Positions 1 through 13,392 of a stretch of DNA of 64,000 bases are shown here, in pieces. The notes under the pieces were generated by a model. The model did no database searches, had not been told where the DNA came from, and saw nothing but the letters and a program-made list of their open reading frames with translations. Made by a program: the position numbers and the translations under genes. The DNA is from Rozella allomycis CSF55 (Eukaryota): assembly GCA_000442015.1 (NCBI GenBank), contig KE561158.1, positions 1 through 64,000 of the forward strand, in the 5' to 3' direction. Position 1 is the first letter of the stretch. Every line of letters begins with the position of its first letter.

Positions 1-6
1 TTAAAG

Positions 7-1404
7 TTGCATCAAAATAAAATAATAAAATTTAAATCAAAATTTGAAATTCTTTTAAATGAAAAACCAAATTTTCAAAATCTAAAAATAGATTTCAATT
101 TAGTAAATTTCAAAAATATTTCAATTCTTGATTTTCAATCTTTGATTAAATCTTTATTAAACAAAATTGAATTTATAGAAAATGATTTAATAAAAATACA
201 AAAATTTCAATCTGATAAAACTTTAATTAATAGAAGAGAAAGAATGGAAGAAATTAATTCTCTAGAATGTGAAAAGAATAATTTAATTAAAACTGTTGAA
301 TCTTCAAAACAAGAAAATTTTATTTTAAAACAAAATTTGAATAATTTAAAAGAAGAAAATTTTAATCTTGAAATTCAATTAAAAGATAAAAATTCTGAAA
401 TTGAAAAATTAAATTTTGAATCTACAAAAGAAAAGAATGAAATCTCTCATTTAAATGTAAAGTTAAAAGATATATTAGATTCCAAAGAGAAAGATCTATT
501 AGATTACCAAAAAACAATTGAAGATTATCAAAGAACAATTGAATCTTTAAATCTAAAACTGGCAAATGAAGAATCAAATAATCTTAAAAAGGTTGAAGAA
601 TTGAAAATTCAAAATGATTTACAAATAAAATTATTAGAAAACAAAATTCATGAAATTTCAGAATCTAAAAATAGATTGAAGAAAGAAATTCAAAATCTTC
701 AAAACAGAGTTCAATCTCTTTATCAAAAGTTAATCATCGTAGAAACTGAAAATTGTGAATTGATTGAGAAATTAAAAGACTTGGAAATAAAAGAGTTGGA
801 AATGACATTGGTTTCTGTTAGTGTTGAACAAGCCGTTCAGGTTGATAATGTAAAGATAAAAGACATGTTTACTCAAATGGAGTATTCCAGTTTAGAAAAA
901 TCTATTCAAAGTGAATTCTTCCATAATAATAAATCTGTGCAATCGGATTTTGCCTTCACTGATAAATCCACCCAAGTCATTCCCTCTAGCACCAACAAAT
1001 ACATTCAAGCAGACTCTGAAATCATATTACAATCCAAATTATATGAAAAGGCAATCCAAGTAGAAGAAATTTCAACAAACCTTGAACAAACCTTTGAAAC
1101 ATTTCTACATAAAATTGAATTGTTCCTTCAACTAGAACATTCTGATTTAACCCATAAAGATCGATTGAATATAATCCTTGAAAAGGTGGAACGACTGAAA
1201 AACGAATACATTCAACTAGAATTATCATTCAAGAGAAAATCTGACCAATTTTTGTTACTGAAAAAGTCTAGGGTAAATGACTTGCAAATTAATCTGAAAA
1301 ATAATCCAACGATTAATAGTTTTCTAGTTGAAAATAAAAAGAAGCGCGAAAATCTTTCGAAATTTGTTAATGAAGCTTTTGAGAAATTGGATTCATTCAA
1401 ATAA
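7..1404 (+). CDS. Long coiled-coil protein with tandem LC8-binding-like (K-x-x-Q-x) repeats; probably 5'-truncated by the window edge
   Basis: Open frame rich in E/K/L/N with heptad character; seven xKxxQx motifs at ~826-1066. Confidence 0.7.
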   Translation: MHQNKIIKFKSKFEILLNEKPNFQNLKIDFNLVNFKNISILDFQSLIKSLLNKIEFIENDLIKIQKFQSDKTLINRRERMEEINSLECEKNNLIKTVESSKQENFILKQNLNNLKEENFNLEIQLKDKNSEIEKLNFESTKEKNEISHLNVKLKDILDSKEKDLLDYQKTIEDYQRTIESLNLKLANEESNNLKKVEELKIQNDLQIKLLENKIHEISESKNRLKKEIQNLQNRVQSLYQKLIIVETENCELIEKLKDLEIKELEMTLVSVSVEQAVQVDNVKIKDMFTQMEYSSLEKSIQSEFFHNNKSVQSDFAFTDKSTQVIPSSTNKYIQADSEIILQSKLYEKAIQVEEISTNLEQTFETFLHKIELFLQLEHSDLTHKDRLNIILEKVERLKNEYIQLELSFKRKSDQFLLLKKSRVNDLQINLKNNPTINSFLVENKKKRENLSKFVNEAFEKLDSFK

Positions 1405-1509
1405 ATTCCATTATATTTTACTTTTAAACTTAAACTTTAATATTCATGTTTATTCACAAATACTATTATTTTGTGTTTATTATCACCTATTTTGCCATTT
1501 TCGTGATTG

Positions 1510-1522
1510 TTCTGGAAGTTTC
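1510..1522 (+). promoter_or_regulatory. Heat shock element upstream of Hsp110
   Basis: TTCtgGAAgtTTC: three alternating nGAAn units, 36 nt before the ATG at 1559. Confidence 0.75.
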
Positions 1523-1558
1523 TTAAAACCATAAATACCTAGCCACCTTGTATTTTTC

Positions 1559-4066
<2,508 letters not shown>

Positions 4067-4129
4067 ACTTTCATTTTTATTTTAAAGTGTTTAAGATATT
4101 ATTATTTATTTAAATTAACAAATCAACTT

Positions 4130-4486
4130 TTAATCAGTCTTTATCTGACTATGCGTCTCTTTCATCTTGTTCTTTCCTTCTTCTACGCTTGTCCTTATCT
4201 TTCCAATCACCCTCTCAAACTCATTCGGCACTTTCCTCTCTCCAACAATCCAATAGTATATATCCCAATCATTTTCCTCTAACAATCTCTCATACTCTAC
4301 AATGTCATCATTACTCATTTCCTTTAAATTTCTCTCGGCAAATTGCCCCAGCATTAAACAATTCTCTAGTATTCCTCGCTTTCTAGACTGATACACAAGT
4401 CTACTCATTCTCTTTTCAAAGGTCGAAAAGTTATTTATATAGCCACCATTCAAACCATACTTTGTCAATTTGTACATGTGGCGCAT
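4130..4486 (-). CDS. SDH5: Succinate dehydrogenase assembly factor 2
   Basis: RLVYQSRKRGILEN...ENDWDIYYW motif. Confidence 0.92.
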   Translation of the reverse strand: MRHMYKLTKYGLNGGYINNFSTFEKRMSRLVYQSRKRGILENCLMLGQFAERNLKEMSNDDIVEYERLLEENDWDIYYWIVGERKVPNEFERVIGKIRTSVEEGKNKMKETHSQIKTD

Positions 4487-4779
4487 TTGCTAAATATGCT
4501 CCTGCGGCTTCTATTAACATTACAATGTATTGACTATTGCGATTTAAAAATTAAATATTAAGGTATTGATTTCCCTGGAAATTATAGAGCTTGTAAGACA
4601 ATTCCAGATTAATCTAGGAAGGTCTAGACTCTAGACCATTCTGGCCAATACCTAACTTTAATCATTACTCATTATCATTAATCTTTGGCCTATTATTTTC
4701 CTCAAAAGCTACCCCATACCCGAGTATCCAGGCCAACAACCAAGCCATCTAACCTATACATAACAATATCTCAAGATCA

Positions 4780-5724
4780 ATGCCCGCCTCCCACTCATCA
4801 ACGCAGATCTCACTACCCAGGTAAGTATCATTCATCCTTGTTCTTTCCAATCACATCTCTCCTTTTTTTACGTCCGACAATCATGACCCTAATCCTAGAT
4901 CAAGTCTTCCAATTTCCTCCCTAATAGATGAATTCGACACCGATGTTCCAAATCTACACACTTCCGCAATGGAGATTGCGACAAGTTCCGTCCATGTAGG
5001 TGGATTCGGTTTGTTTATATAGGTCGACAATGAAATACTGCCGCCAATCTCGCAGCTCAATTTGCTCGCTAGAGTGTCGTGCGACTATGAAAAGATTTTT
5101 AGTATGCATCCAAGGGAATACGATATCGATTGCGGATTGGAGGCCGCGTCGTGGCAGAAATTCGGAGAGTGTCAGCAGGCATGCCGTATATTTGACAATG
5201 CGTATTTTGATAATGTCGGTGCGTGCTATTTTGGAAATGATGGAGCATGCTATTTTGAGAGCGAGATGTCGGACGCAAAGGATGGTCGGAATGCGATTAA
5301 AAAGGACGCGTTGCGCTGTTTCCCGCATAAAAGAAGAGTGCAGACGCTCGATGATCTGGAGATAAAATGCGAACTGGTTCAAATTCAGGACATAACTGAA
5401 GATTCAATATCAACCGTGCAAGTGGACAATGATGAACGGTTTCAGTGTCCGTGGCCTGATTGCAAATCGACTTTTAAAAAGATTTACAACTTAAAGTCTC
5501 ATTACAAAATACATTTGGGAATCAAGCCATACGAATGCCCTGAATGCATACAACGATTCGCTAGAAGCCATGATCTAACCAGACATAGACGGAGTCATCA
5601 AGGAATTAAACTGCACGAATGCGAAATATGCAGGAAGCGGTTCACTAGAAGTGATGCAGTAGATCGACACAAGGAAAAAGCTCATGGTTTCCAAAAGAAA
5701 TTAGATACAATAAATATTTTTTAG
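4780..5724 (+). CDS. C2H2 zinc-finger transcription factor (3 fingers; introns 4821-4898 and ~27 nt at ~4996)
   Basis: CPWPDC...HYKIH, CPEC...RSHDLTRHRRSH, CEIC...RSDAVDRHKEKAH; spliced frame is continuous from ATG 4780. Confidence 0.85.
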
Positions 5725-5733
5725 ACATTTAGT

Positions 5734-6691
5734 TTATGCACATATTGAAAGTATGCGCATCTTTTGTAAAATATCTTCAGCATTTGAACGCAAAATCGAG
5801 GCATCTTTTGGCTGGAAATTGGAGCCAAGGGAATTTAACTTCTCTGAAGAGTCTTTGGAAAATTTGGCTTGGGAGGCTATCAATGCTTTGAAGCAGGGTT
5901 CCAAGTATGGAACTCTGAGTGCCACAAACTTTGGGAGCTCTGTGACTAACATTCCATTTATTTTTTCGTATATTTCTTTTGTTTCCAAGGTTTGTGCTTC
6001 GGCCTTTTAATTGCAAGAAAGAATAATACCTTGGGAAGTTTGGATGCATCATCTGCAGGCTTGTCCACTAGTTTTCTCACTTTACTCCTTGCAGCGTCAT
6101 AATCTAAAAGTTTATGGTTGCGTTTTTTGATCAAGTCATTAATCTGCGGGAAGTACTCTAAATAGATTGTTATTGGATCAAGAACCGTAAAACGATATAT
6201 TTGATCCTATAAACCAAGTGCGAATGGAAAATTACCATCTCAACGCGCAATTCTTCATCAATCGAATTCATCACTTGCCTAAACTTTGTGCATTTGGTGT
6301 ATATGGCACTTTGCTCATCAATAATCACTGATATTTGTTCTCCTATTCTTTGTTGCGAAGCAGTGATCACTATCTTTATACCGAAGATGGATTACTCCTT
6401 AAACTATCAAGGAATGATTTCGCTTCTTTTCCCAATTTGTTTGTTCTTGATTCCAAGCTAAATAATCACAATATTTTAAGAATACTTTGAGAATCTACTG
6501 CTTGCATCATCAAATTCTCGATCAATCTAATTTTTATCCCTGATTGATCTACTGTACCGTTTTTTCGATAGCCCCAGTTTTTTGCATAATCTAGTTTCAC
6601 ACATCATACAAAGTTACTGTAGTCCCAGCCCTACTCATACTTTTAATAAAACCATTCCTATAAAGGGTCTATAAATAACTTACCAACTCAT
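5734..6691 (-). CDS. RVS161: N-BAR amphiphysin Rvs161/Hob3 (7 introns)
   Basis: Spliced MSWNGFIKSMSRAGTT...KKRNHKLLDYDAARSKVRKL...ELPKFVALRVPYLEPCF...LSICA. Confidence 0.88.
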
Positions 6692-6764
6692 TGGTTCAAA
6701 GTAACAATGTGGCTAGGTAGGGGAAGATTATAAACATGAATATGACCTCCTAAGTGTAACATAG

Positions 6765-7331
6765 ATGAGGACATTCGCAGTTATTCTTTCCGTTGCTTCG
6801 ACGCTTTCAACCTTGAATGCGCATCTTATGGCTGATATCCATGTTGTCAAAGAAAATCATGCCATAATGAAAGGCCATCATTTTGTTGACCATGCAGAAA
6901 TGGATATTCTGAATTCCGTTGATTTAAGACATCACAGCTTGAATCCTATCGCCATTAAGGAACATCATGATATTTCCGAAGAGATAAATGGCCAGAGGCA
7001 TAAATTATTGGGGTTTGACATAGTAAAGACAAGAGGGGGATGCCTATCGAGAAAAAAAGTTAATTCTTCACATAAGAAGAAGAAAATTTTAGAAGCTAAT
7101 ATAGTATCTGTTGAAGATAGCGAGAAGGCTAATTCGTCCTATATCACACCAACAGAAGATAAAGAGAAGGTTCTATTGGTTACGCAGTCAGTTATTGGCG
7201 AAGGGAACACTTTATTCCCAATGGAATACCTAAAATATATCATTCCTTTTGCATCGTTAGTTTTGGTCGCTGGTGTTGGGATGTTTCTAAAAAGAAAAAA
7301 CAAAGTACACTACACCCCATTAACCAAATAA
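6765..7331 (+). CDS. Hypothetical type I membrane protein with His-rich ectodomain
   Basis: Signal-peptide-like N-terminus, C-terminal TM helix, basic tail ending YTPL (YxxL). Confidence 0.7.
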   Translation: MRTFAVILSVASTLSTLNAHLMADIHVVKENHAIMKGHHFVDHAEMDILNSVDLRHHSLNPIAIKEHHDISEEINGQRHKLLGFDIVKTRGGCLSRKKVNSSHKKKKILEANIVSVEDSEKANSSYITPTEDKEKVLLVTQSVIGEGNTLFPMEYLKYIIPFASLVLVAGVGMFLKRKNKVHYTPLTK

Positions 7332-7658
7332 ATTCATTAATTTTTCCTGATACTATGAGTATGCTTCATGAATGTTATTTCGAAGTTGTGTATCTGATAT
7401 TCAATATTTGCCAATTATTGCTTTTGCCTTGAGGGCAAAGTATTTTCGTATTGTGCTGATTTTATCAATGAAACTTCCAAGGACAACAATTATTTTGAGG
7501 ACTTTTTATCATTATTTCTTAGCTCCAAATCGTAAAATGACAAAAACTAAAGTGTAGTAAACGCCAGTTTGGGCCAAGAATCTTTTTGATTCGTCACTGT
7601 TTCTGGTGAGAACCTAAAATGTAAGATGAAGAGAAGAACGGCACAATGAATTTATTAA

Positions 7659-10600
7659 TTAATTTTTTCTTAGAATATGCTTCATGAATGTAATTTTGAA
7701 CATGTGGATTTTTCTTGTGTCATTTACGATTTGAAGAGTGTGAGGTTCTACCTTCAAAGGGATAATCATTGTTTTTGAATCATAAGTAACATGATAACCT
7801 CTCTCTGATAAAATATCAATAATCATATCGATTATATGTTCTTCATCAAGCAATTTAATTTCACTATTTAAAGACATTACAGAGCATACCTTCTAACAAT
7901 TGTGCTCCCAGATATTGCGTGTCTCTTTATTGACGGGGCGACGTCTTTTTCAATAAAGGAGATGGCTTTGCGAAACAAGGATGAGTGAAGCATTTGATAG
8001 TTTTCTAGTCTTCTTATTAATTCCTATTCAAGGGTGAAGTTTAAAAATACTCTTCTAGCGTTTACACCAACCTGCGAAGCAAGTGGAATGTATTGGATGG
8101 CATCAAAAGTCGGTTGATCAAGCTCTAAGGAACTTTGATATTCAAATTCTTTTAAAATAATCTTCAACACATCGTCAATTGATCTAGTCGCATCAATTAA
8201 ATGAAATGGAAAGTGTTTTCGCAGTTGAAGCAATGAGCTATAATGATCCATGAATATTTTATATCTTTGTTTAGTCATAACAGGATCAAAGTCGGTTTGT
8301 CTTTCCGTAACAAGACGCCCTTCGCCAGTAGCTTTAACCTTTTTTGCTACTTTTACAACATTACTCTCTGATTGTGGCTTCTTGCAGCTAACCCTCGCTT
8401 TAATTGTCGTTCTACGCTGGTGGTTTCGTCAACATAAAGAACGCAAATTCTGAAAGAAGGGCGCCTTTCAAAACGAAAAAGATGTTTTTTACCTAAATCT
8501 GTCTCTGAATTTCGAATTTAAATAGATTTGTCTCAAATCGATCATTTTATCGTATAAGAGTTTCAACAATTCAACCTTTAAAGTAATATTAATTTAATTA
8601 TCAATACTTGTATTTCAGTTCGTGGAAATCCATCAATCAGAACCCCAGTATTATTGTCTCTTTCAAGCATTTGAGTCAATAAAAGTTCCAATGTTTCTGC
8701 ATCCGCTATTTTTATTGTGTATTTGGNAAAATCATTCACAAAAGCCTGTTTAGCCAGAGATTCCTTAAGGCTTCTTGTGTTTTGGACCAAGATGGAGAAT
8801 TCCTGGTCTTCCATTTGTATTTGACTCGTTGTAGCTGAGGCGCTTGGAGATACGGCACAGATAAATGACGCCAAGACATAATAGTAGCGATTATTTTTAT
8901 TTGATTTGCTTTTGCGATCGCTGCCTCTGTAGCTAGATGAGCAGCGATGTGCTTTTATAGTTGGACGAGTGATCATGGAAATTAATTTAACTCTGGTGTT
9001 TCTATTTGTGATCTGAAACTGTTTTAAATCTAGTTCTCGGTTTGTTTTGTTAGACCTTACCAGGAGGTGGGGGTCCGACGTTTTTATGTTTATCCACCGG
9101 CCTGGAGACAATATTCCGTTAGATGGAATATGTACCAGCCTTGTGTGTTTGATTTCACACCTGCACTCGTAGCTGGGTGACAGTGTCTTTTTGGATCCTT
9201 TGTGTGGTTAGGAGGGCCAAACAAAGGTTCCATTGGAGTGAGCGTTACATGGGAGATTAAGTTCACGCTAATGTGTTTTGTATTAAAACCGAAACTTTGT
9301 AGTGTTGTTTCGTGGTTCGTGTTGGGCCTTCCCAAGAGATGGGGGTCCGGCATATTCCTTTCTCCCCACCGTCCTGGTTGGAATAGTCCGTTAGTTTGAT
9401 TATTCCGTAGCCAGCTCTTTTGTTTGTCAAAAGCACCCGTAGTTGTGTGGCGATATTCATTTATGACCATTATTTGGTTAGGAGCGCCAAATAAAGGTCC
9501 TTTTACACTTTGTGGATACTTGTAAGTTGATTGATGTGGTTTGTGNNNNNNNNNNNNNNNNNNNNNNNNNNNNNNNNNNNNNNNNNNNNNNNNNNNNNNN
9601 NNNNNNNNNNNNNNNNNNNNNNNNNNNNNNNNNNNNNNNNNNNNNNNNNNNNNNNNNNNNNNNNNNNNNNNNNNNNNNNNNNNNNNNNNNNNNNNNNNNN
9701 NNNNNNNNNNNNNNNNNNNNNNNNNNNNNNNNNNNNNNNNNNNNNTAAATCCCTCAATGATATAACCGATGATATTCGAGAATTATCTTCATTGAATTTT
9801 CATGCAGTCTTGAAGAAGAATGGTATAAACACAAAGAGAAGTAGCGTTTTAAGAGAGATATGCGATATACAGCATTCTTGTCAAAAAATTATCATTGTTT
9901 TTGCTGAACAAGTGGGAATAAAGAAGAAGGCGAACTTTCATGGACCTTCATGTTGTACCAGGGATTCTCATCCCACTTCTCAGATTAATTATCGTAGAGA
10001 GGAGTCATAATTCTCAAAGGACCTCTTAAAACTGACAGATCTCTATTCTGATACTATTTATAGAAAGAATGATACTATTTATAGTCTATAGAATGAACCA
10101 ACCAAATAAAACTCTAAGGAGATATTCAATAAATACATCACGGGGACAGAATTCAAGCGTAGGAATGTTTGAAGAGCAAACAGCATCCAGCAAGGCCCGA
10201 GCATCTTCATCCGCGAAAACAATGGTATTTTCAACATTCTCAGTATTGGAAATGGCCGCGGAAGACTTAANGGTGCATCAAAGAAGGAATCATTATCCAA
10301 TTCATCATCGAATAAATGCGTATCAGAGGGTTGAAGGAAGCTAGTATGACTGTATGAGGATGAAAGGAACCTACCATAATACCATTTGTTTAAACATCAA
10401 AAATATTTTTTATTTAACGGAAGGGGAAACCATTCGTCAAAATCACATCCAAGCCCTCCTGAAATTTCAAAGACATTAAGCTTTAAAATAAAATACCGCA
10501 TACTGAACACGTGGTTATAAGTTAAAGACTTTAAAAGACCAACGCCCTCTCCAGAAACAAAGAAATAAAATTCCGAAGTGGCTTAGCCACTGAGGCCTTA

Positions 10601-11445
10601 CCAAGCCATCAGTTTGGGGTGGGGTGAGAGAGCGTACGTCCGTACGCACAGCCACATAAGCTATTTATATAGGTTTTTCTATTTTCTAAAAATATCTTAT
10701 AATCTAAATATAATTTTATTATTTTTCTTAAACATACACTCACATATCTATATCAAAATGAAACATACACTCACATTTGTCACAAAAATAAATATTTATC
10801 TTAACTTAAATAAATAAAAAATGTATCCCAGTACTTTTCGTATCCTAGTGTTCTCTTTATCTTACCAAGCCTCATAATCTATTGACGCATATTAAAGACT
10901 GAGATAAGTTATCGCCGGGGGACGCCCCGTGANACAAATTAGCTCTCCTTTATCAATTTTATCTTTGTATTTGGCCATTAATAACTCGCTTATAATAATT
11001 GGTTGATTGTGGATCCCTCTAGCTCTCATAATGGAATCTGAATGTGTTCCTTTCCCACTAGCTGGTGAACCTTTCACTTGATGATATGAATGCAGATTAC
11101 CCATCAGCCAGACAATCTCACTGGGCATGCTCATGTCCACATCCCCGTTTTCTTGTTTTTGTGACATATTCTTCCAAACGTTTTCAAATATTAATCTAGG
11201 TGTATTAACACTATATCGTTCCTTTGGACAATTTTCTCTATTTATATTAATTACTAGGTAATTTTCCCATCTTTGCTGTTCAATGATTCAACTAAATTCG
11301 CGATATTAGGCTGTGTTTCTATTTTACCAGCGAAGCTTCTCGAGAGAATATTTTGTTGTAATATACCGCCTGTAAAGGAATGGGACTTTGAGAGTATGAT
11401 CTTAAAGGAACTAGATATACTCGTCGGTTTTAATAGCCGAAACAT
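7659..11445 (-). CDS. Atypical long adenylate/NMP kinase with mitochondrial-type presequence; one intron holds 8727-10933
   Basis: GSPASGKGT P-loop, VLIDGFPRT, EFEYQSSLELD, IDILSERGYH; N-terminus MFRLLKPTSISSSFK. Confidence 0.82.
8728..9545 (-). mobile_element. Fragment of a non-LTR (LINE-like) retrotransposon: start of APE endonuclease preceded by a duplicated ~95-aa domain
   Basis: MEDQEFSILVQNTRSLKESLAKQAFVNDF resembles the APE N-terminal [IL]xxxNxRxL motif; bounded by assembly gaps. Confidence 0.55.
10571..10878. repeat. Interspersed repeat, copy 1
   Basis: Near-identical to 13124-13392; starts with the hairpin AGTGGC-TTA-GCCACT. Confidence 0.85.
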
Positions 11446-11552
11446 TGACAAATATGCCAACGCCCAAAAATAGAAGGTCACAAATGTTTGTTTATATCAA
11501 TAAAGCTTAAGTCATAGAAATGCAATAAACCTGAAATTTCCGTCTCACATAT

Positions 11553-12748
11553 ATGGCGTGGACACGCTTTAAGCAAACAACAAGGGAGGCGCTGGGAAAA
11601 TCAGAAAAATACACTGATATTCCACCTGACATTGAAGAATACCATCTAATTACTGAAAAACTTCTTTCTATATACCAAGACTTGGCTGGAACAAAGCCTT
11701 TACAAGTTGTTAAATCCGTGGCATCCAGTTCTTCTTCAAATTCATTAGCTTCAATTTCAAACAGTTGGAATTTATTATGTTCATTAAAGCAGCCAGGGGG
11801 TAAAGATCTAAACCCATCATGTGTTTCGTTTATTCAAGAAAGTGCTACCGTTATAAAGACAATTGATGATTTCAGGGTAGTATTTGAAATGGAACTAGAA
11901 GAAAAATATTCAAGGACAATTAAAGATGTCATTAAGATGTGCAGGGATGCTGAACAAATATATGAAAAGATAAAGTCGCGAAGATTAGAACTGGATAGCA
12001 AGAAATACCGCTTAGAACATAATACCAAAGCTATACCTGACAAAGTTGCCCACTACAGAAACTCAGTGGAATTACAACAGGTAAAACCAAATTTGATGAA
12101 AGACAGGAAAAATTTGAAAGCTCTTGTGCTTTGTACAGGCAATTAATGGAAACTTTGTTTCAAGAGAAAGCATATCATGAGCTTCATCAAGGATTAGTTG
12201 GTAAGCGACACCAAATATACATGAGTTAGCGGTTTACTTGACTTCAATGCGGAAATATTACAAGGCATCGTTGGAGAAATTAGAAAATCTTGACAAAAAG
12301 CTTGACTGGAATTCAGCGCTTTCATTTGACAGGACATTTCTAAATAAACCAGAAAACGTCATAATGATGCAAAAATCTGATTCTCAAAGTTCAATACAAT
12401 CAATTGAGGATTCTCTGGGTAGAACTAAATTGTCCAACTCTGGAAGTCTAAATGAATTTCCAAAAAGAAAAAGCCAAGAATCGCTCGATTCTTTGGCATC
12501 AAATAGTTCAAAGCCCATAGCGAGAAAACCACCTATTCCTGTAAAAACATACCCGAAAGTTATTGCTCTTTATGATTTCAATGGAGTGGAAGATGGAGAC
12601 TTGTCTTTTAAAAAGAATGATGTTATTGAAGTAACGAAAAAAGATGGCGACTGGTAATAAAGAGAATTTTGATATATGAAAGGTGGGATGGTTCATTAAA
12701 CGGTCGGAAAGGAATATTCCCTAGCAATTACGTTAAATTTATTGAATA
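11553..12748 (+). CDS. BAR-SH3 protein (endophilin-like; 3 introns)
   Basis: KIKSRRLELDSKK BAR signature; SH3 VIALYDF...DLSFKKNDVIEV...WW.G...GIFPSNYV. Confidence 0.85.
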
Positions 12749-13123
12749 AACTATAAATTCCATATTAATTACATTATGTTTCCGATAGCGTCACATTATC
12801 ATGTAAATGTTACAGGTTAAAGACAAATTATCTGAACTTGATAAAACAAGATTGAACATTAATAGCCCTTTCAAAAATCTATATATCCCATTCGGCATTC
12901 TTTGCGAAATGAATATTCAATTTAAAGTAAACTTTCAGGATATTAATCTTAATATTGGTATTTGGTATTTAAGAATCTCCAATGGCTGAGACCTTCTTTT
13001 CTCCGACATGGTCCATATTTGGCTTCTGTTCTCCGAAATGGTCATGTCGTTGTCGGAGAAAGGAAGCCTATTATGTCTCTTAATGAATGAGCGTAAAACT
13101 ATAAACGCAGCGATTACAAGAAG

Positions 13124-13392
13124 TTCCAAAGTGGCTTAGCCACTGTGGCCTTACCAAGCCATCAGTTGGGGGTGGGGTGGGAGAGCGTACGTCCGTACGT
13201 ACGTCCGTACGCACAGCCACATAAACTATTTATAGGGTTTTCTATTTTCTAAAAATATCTTATAATCTAAATATAATTTTAATATTTTTCTTAAATAAAT
13301 AAAAAATGTCTCCCAGTACTTATCCTATCCTACTGTTCTCTTACCAAGCCTCATAATACACTCGCATTTGTCACAAAAATAAATAATATTTA
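13124..13392. repeat. Interspersed repeat, copy 2 (extra GTACGTCC-type unit, internal blocks reordered)
   Basis: Direct alignment by eye with 10571-10878. Confidence 0.85.

Noticed and set aside
7550-7559. AAGTGTAGTA, identical to the U2 branch-recognition sequence
   Set aside because: No flanking U2 features (GCTAAGATC, SL-IIa, Sm site); probably an intron end or chance
8578-9111. ORF joining LINE-like sequence to adenylate kinase
   Set aside because: Chimeric across n8727
9503-9765. Poly-X ORFs
   Set aside because: Translation of the 200-nt N gap
10585-10615. CTGATG on the minus strand of the repeat as a hammerhead ribozyme core
   Set aside because: No CUGANGA plus GAAA core arrangement
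11211-11254. Possible 26-nt GT-TG first intron in the adenylate kinase gene
   Set aside because: A canonical 44-nt GT-AG intron from the same donor also restores the frame, so it is not evidence
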